NCBI GenBank assembly: GCA_964348525.1
Contig: CAYGCY010000001.1
Location: 21,873 to 85,872, forward strand
DNA length: 64,000 nt
Origin: an uncultured Candidatus Saccharibacteria bacterium
Lineage (GTDB): Bacteria > Patescibacteriota > Minisyncoccia > Phycocordibacterales > Zambryskibacteraceae
Direction of reading: 5' to 3'
Shown here piece after piece: positions 63,706 to 64,000 of this stretch (position 1 is its first letter; every line of letters begins with the position of its first letter). Under the pieces are notes generated by a model, which worked only from the letters and a program-made list of their open reading frames with translations, searched no databases and was not told where the DNA came from. The translations under genes were made by a program, and so were the position numbers.

Positions 63706-64000
63706 ATGTCTAAAAAAACATCTGAAAGGCTAGCCGTAGGGGCAAGCCCAAAGAAGGTCTTCGGGAAATATAAGAAGCCTCTAATAGAGGTTCCTAATCT
63801 TGTAGAACTTCAGCTAAAAAGTTTCGACTGGTTTCTAAAGCACGGGTTAAAAGAAGTATTTGAAGAATTCAAGACAATTAAAGATTTCACTGGGAAAAAG
63901 TTTGAGCTTCAATTTGTCTCTTTTGAACTTACTGAACCTAAAAATGACGAGTACCAAGCTAAAGATCAAAAAGTTTCTCACGAAGCTACTCTAAAGGCCA
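63706..64000 (+). CDS. rpoB: DNA-directed RNA polymerase beta subunit, N-terminal fragment (runs off window)
   Basis: LIEVPNLVELQLKSFDWFLKHGLKEVFEEF matches the rpoB N-terminal region. Confidence 0.8.
   Translation, partial: MSKKTSERLAVGASPKKVFGKYKKPLIEVPNLVELQLKSFDWFLKHGLKEVFEEFKTIKDFTGKKFELQFVSFELTEPKNDEYQAKDQKVSHEATLKA

Overview
This is a low-GC (~37%) bacterial window with mostly short intergenic spacers, and the gene content and reduced enzymes are suggestive of a CPR/Patescibacteria-type genome. The backbone is housekeeping. It includes prfB (5' truncated), ftsEX, RNase J, secG, groES/groEL, pyrD, a sugar-phosphate cluster (gap, rpiB, rpe, a split tkt, fba, a PfkB kinase), and rplY, rpmE, prfA, rpsB, tsf, gyrB, thrS, dnaE, rnhB, rpmF, nusB, rnc, an SMC-like gene, rnr, rpsP, trmD and the start of rpoB. 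There are three tRNAs: Gln-CUG, Ser-GGA and Thr-UGU.

Features the annotation does not explain:
1. A family of about 9-10 hairpin elements (~60 nt), scattered kilobases apart. They share a conserved ~28-nt loop (core GGAGAGATATACCGCGCTCC) while the stems covary. Most sit at gene 3' ends.
2. Two tRNAs (Gln, Thr) are each followed by a homologous ~120-155-nt insert and a direct repeat of the tRNA 3' end. This resembles an att-site footprint.
3. Several GC-elevated (50-62%) islets carry ORFans with their own SD sequences and terminators. The clearest is a 1-kb, ~60% GC island with a 309-aa Lys-tailed protein between secG and groES. Another is a convergent pair made of a Cys-rich 59-aa microprotein and a 76-aa protein. 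A third is an orphan Phd/YefM-like antitoxin.
4. A ~270-nt GC-rich structured ncRNA of unknown class sits upstream of rpmE behind a consensus sigma70 promoter.
5. Unusual protein architectures are present. They include a single-chain PheRS with a C-terminal FDX-ACB domain (mitochondrial type), a NusB-NUDIX fusion, a ThrRS lacking its N-terminal editing domains, and a transketolase split by an HD-hydrolase gene. There is also a Gmad2/beta-helix envelope cluster.

I found no CRISPR array, rRNA or obvious transposase.
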